From positions 32,001-96,000 of IMG/VR virus record IMGVR_UViG_3300021963_000054: 64,000 nucleotides of DNA. One strand, given 5' to 3'. Origin of the DNA: a virus. This document shows positions 49,582-59,365 of this stretch, piece after piece. Numbering within the stretch: the first letter of the stretch is position 1; each line of letters begins with the position of its first letter. The position numbers and the translations under genes are program-made. The notes below the pieces were generated by a model, which saw only the letters and a list, made by a program, of their open reading frames with translations, had not been told where the DNA came from and made no database searches.

Positions 49582-50598
49582 ATGGCTACAAATAAACTTT
49601 TTGAGGCGGCTGCTGAGATTCTTGCATCAGGCAAGGGTAAGAATGCTATGCCTCCAGAAAAGCTACCTGGCGAACAAGTTGATGCTGGTGGACCAACCCC
49701 ACAAAATGCAAAACAAGACGATGACTCGCACAAAATTACTCCCGCATCAAAGAGTGCTACAGCACCTGCGACTAAGCCTTCTGCGGCTTCTGCTAAACAA
49801 GAAGAAGTAGAAGTTGAGGGCGAAGTTGTTTCAGAGGAACAAGTTGAAGAAGTTGAACTAAATCTTTCCGAAGATATCAACGCCTTGTTTGCTGATGACA
49901 ACACAATCTCAGAAGAATTCAAACAAAAAGTTACCACAATTTTTGAAGCCCGTGTCCTTGACCGCGTTAAACAAATTGAGGAAGAAACTGAATCTCGCTA
50001 CGCATCTATGCTAGAAGAAGCAGTTGAAGCAGTTAAAGAAGACTTGACCGAAAAAGTAAATGACTATATTGCTTATGTGGTTGAGCAGTGGATGGCAGAC
50101 AATGAAATTGCAATCGAAAAAGGCATTCGTGCTGAATTGACAGAAGATTTCATCTCTGGTCTACGTAATCTATTTGCAGAACACTACATTGATGTTCCTG
50201 CTGAAAAAGTTGACCTCGTTGACGAAATGGCTACCAAGATTGATGAATTGGAAGGCAAGTTAAACGAGGAAGTTGAGCGTTCAGTACAGTATCGTAAAGA
50301 ACTAGTTGAGGCTCACAAAGTAGAAGTTACCCGTGAAGTATGTGAAGGTTTGACCGACACTCAAGTTGAAAAAATTAAAGCACTTGCAGAGAGTGTAGAG
50401 TTCTCCACAGAGGAAGAATACAAACAAAAACTTGAGACAATTCGTGAAAATTATTTCCCTTCTGGTGTAAAGAAGGCTGATGAAGCCCAACTTCACGAAC
50501 AAGTGTCTGACGATGTTGATACCAAGAAACAACAAGTTTCTAGCGATGCATTCGTTAACTCTATTGTTCAATCAATTTCAAAAACAACCCGATTCTAA
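49582..50598 (+). CDS. gp22: Prohead scaffold gp22
   Basis: SEEFK.K..TIFEA, Y.VE.WM..N..AI..G.R.E..E.F..GL..LF.EHYID.P. Confidence 0.95.
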   Translation: MATNKLFEAAAEILASGKGKNAMPPEKLPGEQVDAGGPTPQNAKQDDDSHKITPASKSATAPATKPSAASAKQEEVEVEGEVVSEEQVEEVELNLSEDINALFADDNTISEEFKQKVTTIFEARVLDRVKQIEEETESRYASMLEEAVEAVKEDLTEKVNDYIAYVVEQWMADNEIAIEKGIRAELTEDFISGLRNLFAEHYIDVPAEKVDLVDEMATKIDELEGKLNEEVERSVQYRKELVEAHKVEVTREVCEGLTDTQVEKIKALAESVEFSTEEEYKQKLETIRENYFPSGVKKADEAQLHEQVSDDVDTKKQQVSSDAFVNSIVQSISKTTRF

Positions 50599-50620
50599 TA
50601 TAAACCAAGGAGAACTCTAA

Positions 50621-51955
50621 ATGTATCTTTCCGAAGACCTACAAAAAAAATGGGCGCCTGTTCTAGAACACGCTGACCTACCAAAAATTACTGACCCATA
50701 CAAACGTGCTGTTACAGCATTGGTACTTGAGAACCAAGTACAAGCTATGGCTAAAGAAGCTGGCATTCTTAACGAAGCCGCACCAACCAACTCAGCTGGT
50801 ACTGGTGGTTTCGGTACTGGCGCAACCGCAACTGGACCAGTTGCTGGTTTTGACCCAATCCTTATCAGCTTGGTTCGCCGTTCACTACCTAACCTAATCG
50901 CTTATGATATCTGCGGTGTTCAGCCTATGACTGGCCCAACAGGCATGATTTTCGCAATGCGTTCTATGTACGGTACTGACCGTGTGCCTTCAACTGGTAC
51001 CGAAGCATTCTTCAACGAAGCTAATACGACTTTCTCTGCACCAGGCGGTTCGCTTGCACAGCAAAGTTTTGGTATGAAGTCTTCTACATCTGACCGTCCA
51101 TATGGCGTGTTTGATGCTAATACTTCTACCGGTCTTGCTACAGCATCTGGTGAAGGTGACGCACTTGCTGAAATGGGCTTCTCAATCGAGAAAGTTACCG
51201 TTACAGCTAAGACCCGTCAATTGAAAGCTGAATACTCAATGGAATTGGCACAAGACTTGAAAGCAGTTCATGGTCTTGACGCTGAAACCGAATTGAGCAA
51301 CATTCTTTCTTCTGAGATTCTTGCTGAAATCAACCGTGAAGTTCTACGTACAATCTATACAGTTGCTAAAGTTGGCTGTAAAGTTGGTACAACCACAGTT
51401 GGTACTTTTGACCTTGACACCGATTCTAACGGTCGTTGGATGGTTGAAAAAGTTAAAGGCTTGGCATTCCAATTGGAACGTGAAGCTAACACCATTGCTA
51501 AGACAACCCGTCGTGGTAAAGGTAACGTGATGATTTGTTCTTCTGATGTTGCTTCTGCTCTTGCAATGGCTGGCATCCTAGACTATTCATCAGCACTACA
51601 AGGTCAAGTTAACCTAACAGTTGACGATACCGGTAACACCTTTGCTGGTACATTGTTTGGCCGTATCAAAGTGTATATTGATCCATATTTCGGCGCTAAC
51701 TCTACTTCTGAGTTCGCAGTTATGGGCTTCAAAGGTTCTAACGCTTATGATGCTGGTCTATTCTACTGCCCATACGTTCCTCTACAAATGGTTCGTGCAG
51801 TTGATACCACAACCTTCCAGCCAAAAATTGGCTTCAAGACCCGTTACGGTCTAGTTGCTAACCCATTTGCAGAAGGCACAACCCAAGGTTCTGGTGGTTT
51901 GAACGTAGGTGCAAACTTCTATTACAGAGGATTTAAAATCACGAATATAATGTGA
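50621..51955 (+). CDS. gp23: Major capsid protein gp23
   Basis: KW.P.L, GVQPMTGPTG, ELAQDLKAVHGLDAE.EL, YCPYVPL and FQPKIGFKTRYG. Confidence 0.98.
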   Translation: MYLSEDLQKKWAPVLEHADLPKITDPYKRAVTALVLENQVQAMAKEAGILNEAAPTNSAGTGGFGTGATATGPVAGFDPILISLVRRSLPNLIAYDICGVQPMTGPTGMIFAMRSMYGTDRVPSTGTEAFFNEANTTFSAPGGSLAQQSFGMKSSTSDRPYGVFDANTSTGLATASGEGDALAEMGFSIEKVTVTAKTRQLKAEYSMELAQDLKAVHGLDAETELSNILSSEILAEINREVLRTIYTVAKVGCKVGTTTVGTFDLDTDSNGRWMVEKVKGLAFQLEREANTIAKTTRRGKGNVMICSSDVASALAMAGILDYSSALQGQVNLTVDDTGNTFAGTLFGRIKVYIDPYFGANSTSEFAVMGFKGSNAYDAGLFYCPYVPLQMVRAVDTTTFQPKIGFKTRYGLVANPFAEGTTQGSGGLNVGANFYYRGFKITNIM

Positions 51956-51985
51956 TTATAACCCCACATTAAGATGGGGATTTAC

Positions 51986-52011
51986 AGAGGGAACTTAGGT
52001 TCCCTCTTTTT
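51986..52011 (+). terminator. Rho-independent terminator after gp23
   Basis: AGAGGGAAC-TTAG-GTTCCCTCT-TTTT, preceded by a second hairpin CCCCA..TGGGG at 51962-51979. Confidence 0.9.
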
Positions 52012-52039
52012 GTTTATGTTTTACATAAAGTTATTAAAT

Positions 52040-52047
52040 TATAAATA
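52040..52047 (+). promoter_or_regulatory. T4 late promoter TATAAATA
   Basis: Exact consensus 5 nt before the HNH gene start. Confidence 0.7.
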
Positions 52048-52052
52048 AGAAT

Positions 52053-52610
52053 ATGATTAAACACAAACATCATATCATACCGAGACATGCGGGTGGAACC
52101 AACCATCCATCAAATCTAATTGAATTGACTATAGAAGAACATGCAGAGGCACACAGAATCTTGTATGAAGAATATGGTAGAAACGAAGATAAGTGGGCAT
52201 GGTTAGGTTTGTCTGGTCAAATAGGTAAAGATGAAATATTAAGGCAAATTGCTATGGCACAAAAAGGTGTAAAGAAACCAGAAGGATTTGGTGAAAAGAT
52301 TAGTGCATTCAGAAAGACATTTAAGTATTCAGAAGAATCTAAAAAGAAAATGAGTGATGCTAAAATAGGTAAATCTATTTCAGCGGAACAAAAAGAAAAA
52401 ATAAGACAATCAAATATAGGTAAAAAACAAACTGATTATCAAAAACAAAGAGCCTCAGAAACAAGACAAAAAAAATATATGTTGACTAATCCAGATGGTG
52501 AATCATTTGAAGTATTGAATTTATCAAAATTTTGTAGGGAAAACGGATTCAACCAAGCAAATATGTGTATGTCAAGGATTAAAGGATGGACTTGTAAAAA
52601 GATTATATAA
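52053..52610 (+). mobile_element. Free-standing HNH homing endonuclease with NUMOD3-like motifs (185 aa)
   Basis: HKHHIIPRH.GG.N..SNL..LT.EEH..AH, SEESKKKMS / SAEQKEKI repeats, and AT-rich codon usage. Confidence 0.88.
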
Positions 52611-52613
52611 ATA
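52606..52613 (+). promoter_or_regulatory. T4 late promoter TATAAATA
   Basis: Exact consensus just before gp3. Confidence 0.7.
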
Positions 52614-52618
52614 TACGT

Positions 52619-53158
52619 ATGGCAACTACACCAACATCTAGCACTCCACTAAATCAGAATTTTTTACACCCAAATAAGTTTCAATTAACTTTTTCACGGG
52701 TGCCAAACATTCAATATTTCTGTCAAGCGGTATCAGTACCAGGCATATCTATGGGAGAAGTACCAGTATCTACACCATTCGTAGAAAAGTATTCTCCTGG
52801 TGAAAAAGCAATTTATGATATGCTCAATGTTACATTTGCTATTGACGAAGAAATGCGTTCATGGATTGAGATACACGATTGGATTCGTGCTATGACATTC
52901 CCAGAAGACTTTGAACAATACAGAGAATTGCCTAGATTATCTAAAAATTTTGGTAATCCAAAGACGCCACAATTTTCTGACGCAACACTTACCATATACT
53001 CATCTGCATTTACACCACTTTACAGATTTAAGTTTGTAGATGTATTTCCAACATCACTGGCATCTTTCATGTTAGCATCACAAGATACACCAGAAAATAT
53101 TCTAACATCTGATGCATCTTTCAGATATACCTACTACACTATTGACAAAATGTTTTAA
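52619..53158 (+). CDS. gp3: Tail completion protein gp3
   Basis: N.NFL.PN.F, YFCQ....PG, F..DE.M..W.EI..W, SDATL and F...FP.SL. Confidence 0.9.
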   Translation: MATTPTSSTPLNQNFLHPNKFQLTFSRVPNIQYFCQAVSVPGISMGEVPVSTPFVEKYSPGEKAIYDMLNVTFAIDEEMRSWIEIHDWIRAMTFPEDFEQYRELPRLSKNFGNPKTPQFSDATLTIYSSAFTPLYRFKFVDVFPTSLASFMLASQDTPENILTSDASFRYTYYTIDKMF

Positions 53159-53170
53159 TTGATGTATACT
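53142..53170 (+). promoter_or_regulatory. Sigma70-type promoter upstream of uvsY
   Basis: TTGACA-N17-TATACT followed by RBS AAGGAGG. Confidence 0.8.
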
Positions 53171-53189
53171 CCTACAAGGAGGAATTGTA

Positions 53190-53624
53190 ATGACTAAACT
53201 TGAAGAATTGATGAATGAATGGGCTAAAGATTCCCAGATTGATAGAACTGAGCCAGGTAAAGCACTAATTGATATACCACAGCTTCATAGCAAGTATCTG
53301 AACATTCTATCACGCCACAAGTTGCTTTGTAAAGAAGCTGACTTCAAATATTCCCGGATGAAGAAAATTAAATGGGAATACTATACTGGTAAGATGGGCG
53401 ATGATGATTTGCAGAAGTATGGCTGGGCACCATTTCCATTCACAATCAAGTCTGAAATTACCACATACATGGAAGCAGATGAGGACTTGAATAAATTCAT
53501 AGCATCTAGAATGATACATGAAGAAATCGTTAATTGCTGTGAGTTGATTTTGAAAGAACTACATAGTAGAACATTTCAACTTAAATCATTTATTGATTGG
53601 GAACGGTTCGTTCAAGGTGTCTGA
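53190..53624 (+). CDS. uvsY: Recombination mediator UvsY
   Basis: W.KDS.ID, IP.LHSKYL, EYYTGK, Y..AD.D and R..Q.K..IDW.RF. Confidence 0.92.
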   Translation: MTKLEELMNEWAKDSQIDRTEPGKALIDIPQLHSKYLNILSRHKLLCKEADFKYSRMKKIKWEYYTGKMGDDDLQKYGWAPFPFTIKSEITTYMEADEDLNKFIASRMIHEEIVNCCELILKELHSRTFQLKSFIDWERFVQGV

Positions 53625-55083
53625 TTTAATTATTAGTAAAGTGAACGAGGCTTATATAAAACTAGAGTGTGAGAAAAGCCTCGCTCAAGAAATATCTGAC
53701 CATTTCACATTTCATGTGCCGGGTTATCAATTTACTCCAGCGTACAAGAATAGATTGTGGGATGGTAAGATACGTCTTCTTGATTTAAGAACATACTGCA
53801 TGTACTATGGTTTGATACCATACATACAAAAGTTTTGTGATGATAGAAATTACAAGATATATTATTACCCAGAAGTTAACTTAACCAACAACTTCTCAAT
53901 TAAAGAAGCAGAACAATTTGTTTCTACATTAAATTTACCTATTGTTCCAAGAGATTATCAACTATCATCTTTTGTTCATGCAATAAGAAACAAACGTTCA
54001 TTGCTTCTTTCACCAACTGCATCGGGCAAATCTCTTATTCTTTATTTGATTCTACGCAAGATTCAAGATGAAGACCACAAGAAAGGTTTGTTGATTGTAC
54101 CAACAACATCTTTGGTAGAACAGATGTACTCAGATTTCAAATCATACGGATATGATTCGGAAACAAACTGCCATAAACAATACGCAGGTAAAGATAAAAA
54201 CACAGACAAGTTTTTAACCATCACAACTTGGCAATCTATCTACAATCGTGAACCAGAATACTTTGAACAATTTGATTTTGTTCTTGGTGATGAAGCACAT
54301 CAATTCAAAGCTAAATCATTAGCTACAATTATGGGTGGTCTTACAGAAGCCAAGTATCGTATAGGTTGTACTGGTACACTTGATGGTACACAAACACACA
54401 AACTTGTACTTGAAGGTTTGTTTGGTGCTGTGTTGAAAGTAATAACTACCAAAGAATTGATTGACAACAAACAACTTGCAGATTTCAAAATAAAATGTCT
54501 GATACTCAAATATCCAGAAGAAGTATGTAAGCAAGCTAGGTCTTGGGACTATCAATCCGAGATAGAATACATAGTTATGAATGCACAAAGAAATGCATTC
54601 ATTAAAAATTTAGTTTTGTCATTAAAAGGAAACTCTCTAGTTCTCTTTCAATTGGTTGAGAAACACGGTAAAGAATTGTTTAAGTTGATAGACGCTGAAA
54701 AGGGAAATCGTAAAGTATTTTTTGTTTACGGAGATACAGATGTTGAAGTCAGAGAATCAATTCGTGCTATTACAGAAGAAGAAAATGATGCTATTATTGT
54801 GGCATCTTATGGCACTTTTAGTACTGGCGTTAACATTCGCAACCTACACAACGTCATCTTTGCTTCTCCATCTAAATCTCGCATTCGCAATTTGCAGTCC
54901 ATTGGTCGTGGATTACGAAAGGGCGACAACAAAGAATCAGCAGTCTTATTTGACATTTCAGACGATTTTAGAATAGGCAAGTTTACCAATTTTACCTTGA
55001 AACATTTTGTGGAACGTGTTAAAATATATGAAGATGAGAAGTTCACTTACAAGTTTTACAACATAGAGTTAAAAAATGCATAA
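53617..55083 (+). CDS. uvsW: DNA helicase UvsW (start revised to GTG 53617)
   Basis: WDGKIRL, PRDYQ, SPTASGKS, DEAH and QSIGR.LR superfamily 2 motifs. Confidence 0.96.
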   Translation: MSDLIISKVNEAYIKLECEKSLAQEISDHFTFHVPGYQFTPAYKNRLWDGKIRLLDLRTYCMYYGLIPYIQKFCDDRNYKIYYYPEVNLTNNFSIKEAEQFVSTLNLPIVPRDYQLSSFVHAIRNKRSLLLSPTASGKSLILYLILRKIQDEDHKKGLLIVPTTSLVEQMYSDFKSYGYDSETNCHKQYAGKDKNTDKFLTITTWQSIYNREPEYFEQFDFVLGDEAHQFKAKSLATIMGGLTEAKYRIGCTGTLDGTQTHKLVLEGLFGAVLKVITTKELIDNKQLADFKIKCLILKYPEEVCKQARSWDYQSEIEYIVMNAQRNAFIKNLVLSLKGNSLVLFQLVEKHGKELFKLIDAEKGNRKVFFVYGDTDVEVRESIRAITEEENDAIIVASYGTFSTGVNIRNLHNVIFASPSKSRIRNLQSIGRGLRKGDNKESAVLFDISDDFRIGKFTNFTLKHFVERVKIYEDEKFTYKFYNIELKNA

Positions 55084-55492
55084 CGAAATAAAAATTCTAA
55101 GATTACAAGATGGCGAAGATATTATAGCCTCGTATCATATAGATGAAAGCAAAATGGTGGTGATGAATAATCCTATGACTTTGTTCTTTAAGAGAATCAG
55201 TTCTGGCAAGTCTATGGTTATGATGGCACCATGGTTGCCTTTAGAATTGATTGGTGAGAATACAGCTAGAGTATATGAGACTAGCGTTCTTACGATGATT
55301 GAGCCTAAGAAGTCGCTCGTTGATTACTACCTGAGTGCTGTTGAAGAATCTAATGAATTGATTCAGATGAGTGCAGACGCTATTGATGAAGCGTTGCTTA
55401 ATGAGTGTGATGATGATTATGATGAAGACGATGCTGAGTTTGAGCAAGTTCAAGAGTCAATTAAAGAAACCAAGAAGAACTTATTACATTAA
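55076..55492 (+). CDS. Conserved hypothetical protein (138 aa)
   Basis: I..L..GEDII..NPM..PW.P pattern and acidic tail, at the usual uvsW-gp55 position. Confidence 0.75.
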   Translation: MHNEIKILRLQDGEDIIASYHIDESKMVVMNNPMTLFFKRISSGKSMVMMAPWLPLELIGENTARVYETSVLTMIEPKKSLVDYYLSAVEESNELIQMSADAIDEALLNECDDDYDEDDAEFEQVQESIKETKKNLLH

Positions 55493-55512
55493 TTGCAGAC
55501 CCCACAGGGTGT

Positions 55513-55541
55513 ATTGTACGCACGACACTGGCGGTTGTCAA
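55513..55541 (-). promoter_or_regulatory. Antisense sigma70-type promoter
   Basis: Minus strand TTGACA (55541-55536) - N17 - TACAAT (55518-55513) in the intergenic gap before gp55. Confidence 0.7.
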
Positions 55542-55559
55542 GTGTTATTTTAGGAAATA

Positions 55560-56123
55560 ATGATGAAAGAGAAACACTACGTTAACAATGCCGATTTTTT
55601 GAAGGCATTGATAGACTATAAAACTGCATGTGATGCAGCCAAAGCAGAAAGTAAGGATGATCCTATAGTACCAAACTATATCGGTGAATGTTTCCTAAAA
55701 ATTGCTAACCATTTATCACGCAAACCAAACTTCATATCGTATTCTTTCCGAGAAGAAATGGTATGCGATGGTATTGAGAATTGCATAATGTATTTTCGGA
55801 ACTTTGATCCAACAAAGTCTTCCAATCCATTCGCATATTTTACCCAAATCATATACTTTGCTTTTCTAAGGCGCATTCAAAAAGAAAAGAAACAACTCTA
55901 TGTAAAGTATAAAGCTACTGAACAGTTTGGACTTCTTGATGAAGGCGAAATGTATGAAGATGTGGATGGTAACATGAAACAATTTGTTTTGTATGACAAT
56001 CTTTCCGAATTCATTCAAACATTTGAAGCAAAGAAAAACGAAAAGAAGAAAACAAAACTAAAAGTACTTGATAAATTCCTAGAAGAAGATATCATAGACG
56101 AACAATTACCTGACAAAAATTAA
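55560..56123 (+). CDS. gp55: Late-transcription sigma factor gp55
   Basis: HYVNN.DFL, YIGECF.KIA..LS.KPNF..Y and NPFAYFTQI.Y.AFLRRI.KEK. Confidence 0.97.
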   Translation: MMKEKHYVNNADFLKALIDYKTACDAAKAESKDDPIVPNYIGECFLKIANHLSRKPNFISYSFREEMVCDGIENCIMYFRNFDPTKSSNPFAYFTQIIYFAFLRRIQKEKKQLYVKYKATEQFGLLDEGEMYEDVDGNMKQFVLYDNLSEFIQTFEAKKNEKKKTKLKVLDKFLEEDIIDEQLPDKN

Positions 56124-56136
56124 TTTATGGAGTATA

Positions 56137-56589
56137 ATGATGCTAGTATTGCCTGATAATATGATTGGTAAGCCTGTTGGTTTTACTTGTTCCACTTTTG
56201 ATTTGCTACATGCTGGTCACATTCTGATGTTAGCCGAAGCAAAATCAATCTGTGATTACCTAATTGTTGCGTTGCAGATGGATCCATCAATTGATAGACC
56301 AGAATCTAAAAACAAACCAGTTCAGTCTATTGTTGAACGATATGTCCAACTTTCCGCTGTTAAATTTGTAGATGAAATTATTGTGTACCAGACAGAGAAA
56401 GATTTGGAAGATATGTTGATGTTCTTGCCAATTACAATACGAATTATTGGTGAAGAATACAAAGACAAAGATTTTACTGGTAAACAAATTTGTGAAGATA
56501 GAGCAATTAAAATTTTCTACAACCAACGCAGACATAGTTTTTCAACAACCGAATTACGTAAGAGAGTGGCTAATAAAAGTACACTATGA
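56137..56589 (+). CDS. Cytidylyltransferase, glycerol-3-phosphate (TagD)-like (150 aa)
   Basis: FDLLHAGH (HXGH), K.KP.QS..ER and R.HSFSTT. Confidence 0.88.
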   Translation: MMLVLPDNMIGKPVGFTCSTFDLLHAGHILMLAEAKSICDYLIVALQMDPSIDRPESKNKPVQSIVERYVQLSAVKFVDEIIVYQTEKDLEDMLMFLPITIRIIGEEYKDKDFTGKQICEDRAIKIFYNQRRHSFSTTELRKRVANKSTL

Positions 56590-57656
56590 AGATTGCTTTA
56601 ATTAATGATACACATGCTGGCGCACGTGGTGATAGTTTATTGTTCAATGAGTTCTTTTTTAAATTCTGGGAAGGTACATTCTTTCCATACCTAAAAGAGA
56701 ATAACATAACTCAGATTGTGCATCTTGGTGATGTAGTTGATAGACGCAAATTTATCAACTACGTCATTTTGAATTCTTGGCGTAAACGATTCTTTGATGT
56801 GCTTGAAAAAGAAAACATCAAGATGGATATCATCGTTGGTAACCATGATGTGACATACAAGAACACAAACGAAATTAATGCTATGCATGAATTGTTTGAT
56901 AGGTATGATAACATCAATGTGTTTATTGATCCTGTTGAAAGAACTTATGATAGTCTTCCAATCGCATTGGTACCATGGATCAATTCATCCAACTACGAAA
57001 ATTCACTTCAGTTTTTGCGTGATACAAAATCGGAAATTGTTTTTGGGCACTTTGAGATTTCTGGTTTTGAGATGGACAGAGGTAATGTTTGTCATGCTGG
57101 ACTAGATAAGAAAATCTTTGACAGATTTGATATGGTTCTATCTGGACACTTTCATCACAAGTCTTCGGATGGTACAATTCATTATCTTGGTAATCAATAC
57201 GAAATTACCTGGACAGATTACAATGATCCGAGAGGCTTTCATATCTTTGATACCGAGACAAGAGAGTTGACATTCGTTTCAAATCCGTGTAGAATGTTCT
57301 ACAAGATTAGCTATGATGATGAATCACAATCGTTTGAGTACTGGAAAGCATATGAATTCTCGGTACACAAAGACACTTATGTTAAAGTGGTTGTGGTAAA
57401 CAAAACAAATGCTTATCTTTTTGATTATGTGCTTGAGCAATTAAACAAAGCTGGTGTATCCGATGTGGCTGTGGTAGAAGATTTTTCTGATACCACAATA
57501 GATGATGACCAAGAACTAGTTGACCAAGCGGAAGATACCATGACTATTCTTTCCAAGTATATTGATGGGTTGACACTTGATGTAGATTCTGATAAACTAA
57601 AGAATCTAATGCGTGAGTTATATGTTGAATCTTTGAATGTTGAAGTGACTGAATGA
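56586..57656 (+). CDS. gp47: Recombination nuclease gp47 (Mre11/SbcD-like)
   Basis: DTH.G, LGD..D, GNHD and SGHFH phosphoesterase motifs. Confidence 0.96.
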   Translation: MKIALINDTHAGARGDSLLFNEFFFKFWEGTFFPYLKENNITQIVHLGDVVDRRKFINYVILNSWRKRFFDVLEKENIKMDIIVGNHDVTYKNTNEINAMHELFDRYDNINVFIDPVERTYDSLPIALVPWINSSNYENSLQFLRDTKSEIVFGHFEISGFEMDRGNVCHAGLDKKIFDRFDMVLSGHFHHKSSDGTIHYLGNQYEITWTDYNDPRGFHIFDTETRELTFVSNPCRMFYKISYDDESQSFEYWKAYEFSVHKDTYVKVVVVNKTNAYLFDYVLEQLNKAGVSDVAVVEDFSDTTIDDDQELVDQAEDTMTILSKYIDGLTLDVDSDKLKNLMRELYVESLNVEVTE

Positions 57657-59365
57657 TTTTTTTCAAAGCGATAAAATTTAAGAACTTTCTATCCACTGGT
57701 AATTACTTCACAGAAATTAATCTGTGTAATAGTACCAACACACTGGTAGTAGGAACAAACGGCGCCGGTAAGTCTACCTTGCTTGATGCGCTGTGCTTTG
57801 TTTTGTTTGGAAAACCATTTCGTTCTATCAATAAACCACAACTGGTAAACTCAATCAATCAAAAAGATTGTGTGGTTGAATGTGAGTTTAGTATCGGAAG
57901 CAAGAATTTTAAGATTGTTCGTGGTATCAAACCAAACATCTTTCAAATTTATGTTGATGGTGAAATGTTGAATCAAGATGCGGCTGTAAAAGACTACCAA
58001 GAACACCTAGAGAAATTTATTCTCAAACTTAATTATAAGTCTTTCACACAGATTGTCATTCTCGGTTCAGCATCTTTTGTGCCATTCATGCAACTATCTG
58101 CGGCTGACCGCAGAGCAATCATTGAAGATTTGCTGGACATTCAAATCTTTTCTACCATGAATAGTTTGTTGAAAGATAAACACTCAATCAATAAAGAAAC
58201 TGTTCAGAGTAACAAGCATGAATTAGACTTGTGTTCCAATCAACACAAATTGGTAGAAGAACATACAGAAAAAATCAAAAAGACTACCGATGAATTGATT
58301 GTAAGCAAAGAGTTGGAAGTAGCGAATGTTTGGCTTGAGATTGATTTGGTGCAAACCGAAATTCAATCAATGAACACACAAATTGTAGAGTTGCAAAAAG
58401 CAATAGAAGACAAAACTGTGGTGAATGACAAACTCAAAAAATTGAACCAGTTTGAAACTCAGATTGAAACCAATCTGTCCAAGTATCGTAAAGACATAAA
58501 CTTTTTCCTAAATAACGATGACTGCCCAACATGCAGACAAAGTATCCAACTAGAGTTTAAAGATAATCAAGTAAAAGATTTGAATGATAAAGCTGAAAAG
58601 TGTACACATGGTTTGTCCAAACTAGAAGCTGACATTCTAGCACAACAAAACAGATTGAATGAGATTACCAAAATTTCTAGTGAGATTCAAGTCAAGCAAG
58701 TTGCTGTTGCATCCAATAACTCCACTATTGTGGAATTAAATAAGTACATAGGTAAATTGCAAAAAGAGATAGGAGTATTGTCATCATCCAAGGAAGACTT
58801 GTCCTCGGAGACCAATAAACTTCTCGCATTGAAAACACAATTAGAGCAACTAGAATCCAAAAAGAAATTGTTAATAGAAGAAAAAACATATCTTGAAGCC
58901 GCCTCTCTGTTGTTAAAAGATACTGGTATCAAAACAAAAATTATTAAACAGTATTTGCCTATCATAAACAAGTTGGTAAATAAGTATCTAGCATCGCTGG
59001 ATTTCTTTGTCAATTTCAATCTTGATGAATCGTTCAAAGAAACAATCAAGTCACGCCATCGTGATGAATTTAGTTATGCATCGTTTAGTGAAGGTGAGAA
59101 ACAGAGAATTGATATGGCACTTATGTTGACATGGAGAGCAGTAGCAAAACTTAAGAATTCTACCAATACTAATTTGTTAATTTTGGATGAAGTGTTTGAT
59201 AGTAGCCTAGATAATAATGGAACTGAGTACTTGATGACAATTCTACAGATGCTTGAAGATGTTAATCTATTTGTGATATCACACAAGGGTGACATACTGC
59301 AAGATAAGTTCCGAAACTTAATTCGGTTTGAGAAGGTAAATAATTTTTCAAGGATAGTAAAATGA
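57653..59365 (+). CDS. gp46: Recombination ATPase gp46 (Rad50/SbcC-like)
   Basis: GTNGAGKS, CPTC zinc hook, FSEGEK and LILDE.FD. Confidence 0.97.
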   Translation: MIFFKAIKFKNFLSTGNYFTEINLCNSTNTLVVGTNGAGKSTLLDALCFVLFGKPFRSINKPQLVNSINQKDCVVECEFSIGSKNFKIVRGIKPNIFQIYVDGEMLNQDAAVKDYQEHLEKFILKLNYKSFTQIVILGSASFVPFMQLSAADRRAIIEDLLDIQIFSTMNSLLKDKHSINKETVQSNKHELDLCSNQHKLVEEHTEKIKKTTDELIVSKELEVANVWLEIDLVQTEIQSMNTQIVELQKAIEDKTVVNDKLKKLNQFETQIETNLSKYRKDINFFLNNDDCPTCRQSIQLEFKDNQVKDLNDKAEKCTHGLSKLEADILAQQNRLNEITKISSEIQVKQVAVASNNSTIVELNKYIGKLQKEIGVLSSSKEDLSSETNKLLALKTQLEQLESKKKLLIEEKTYLEAASLLLKDTGIKTKIIKQYLPIINKLVNKYLASLDFFVNFNLDESFKETIKSRHRDEFSYASFSEGEKQRIDMALMLTWRAVAKLKNSTNTNLLILDEVFDSSLDNNGTEYLMTILQMLEDVNLFVISHKGDILQDKFRNLIRFEKVNNFSRIVK

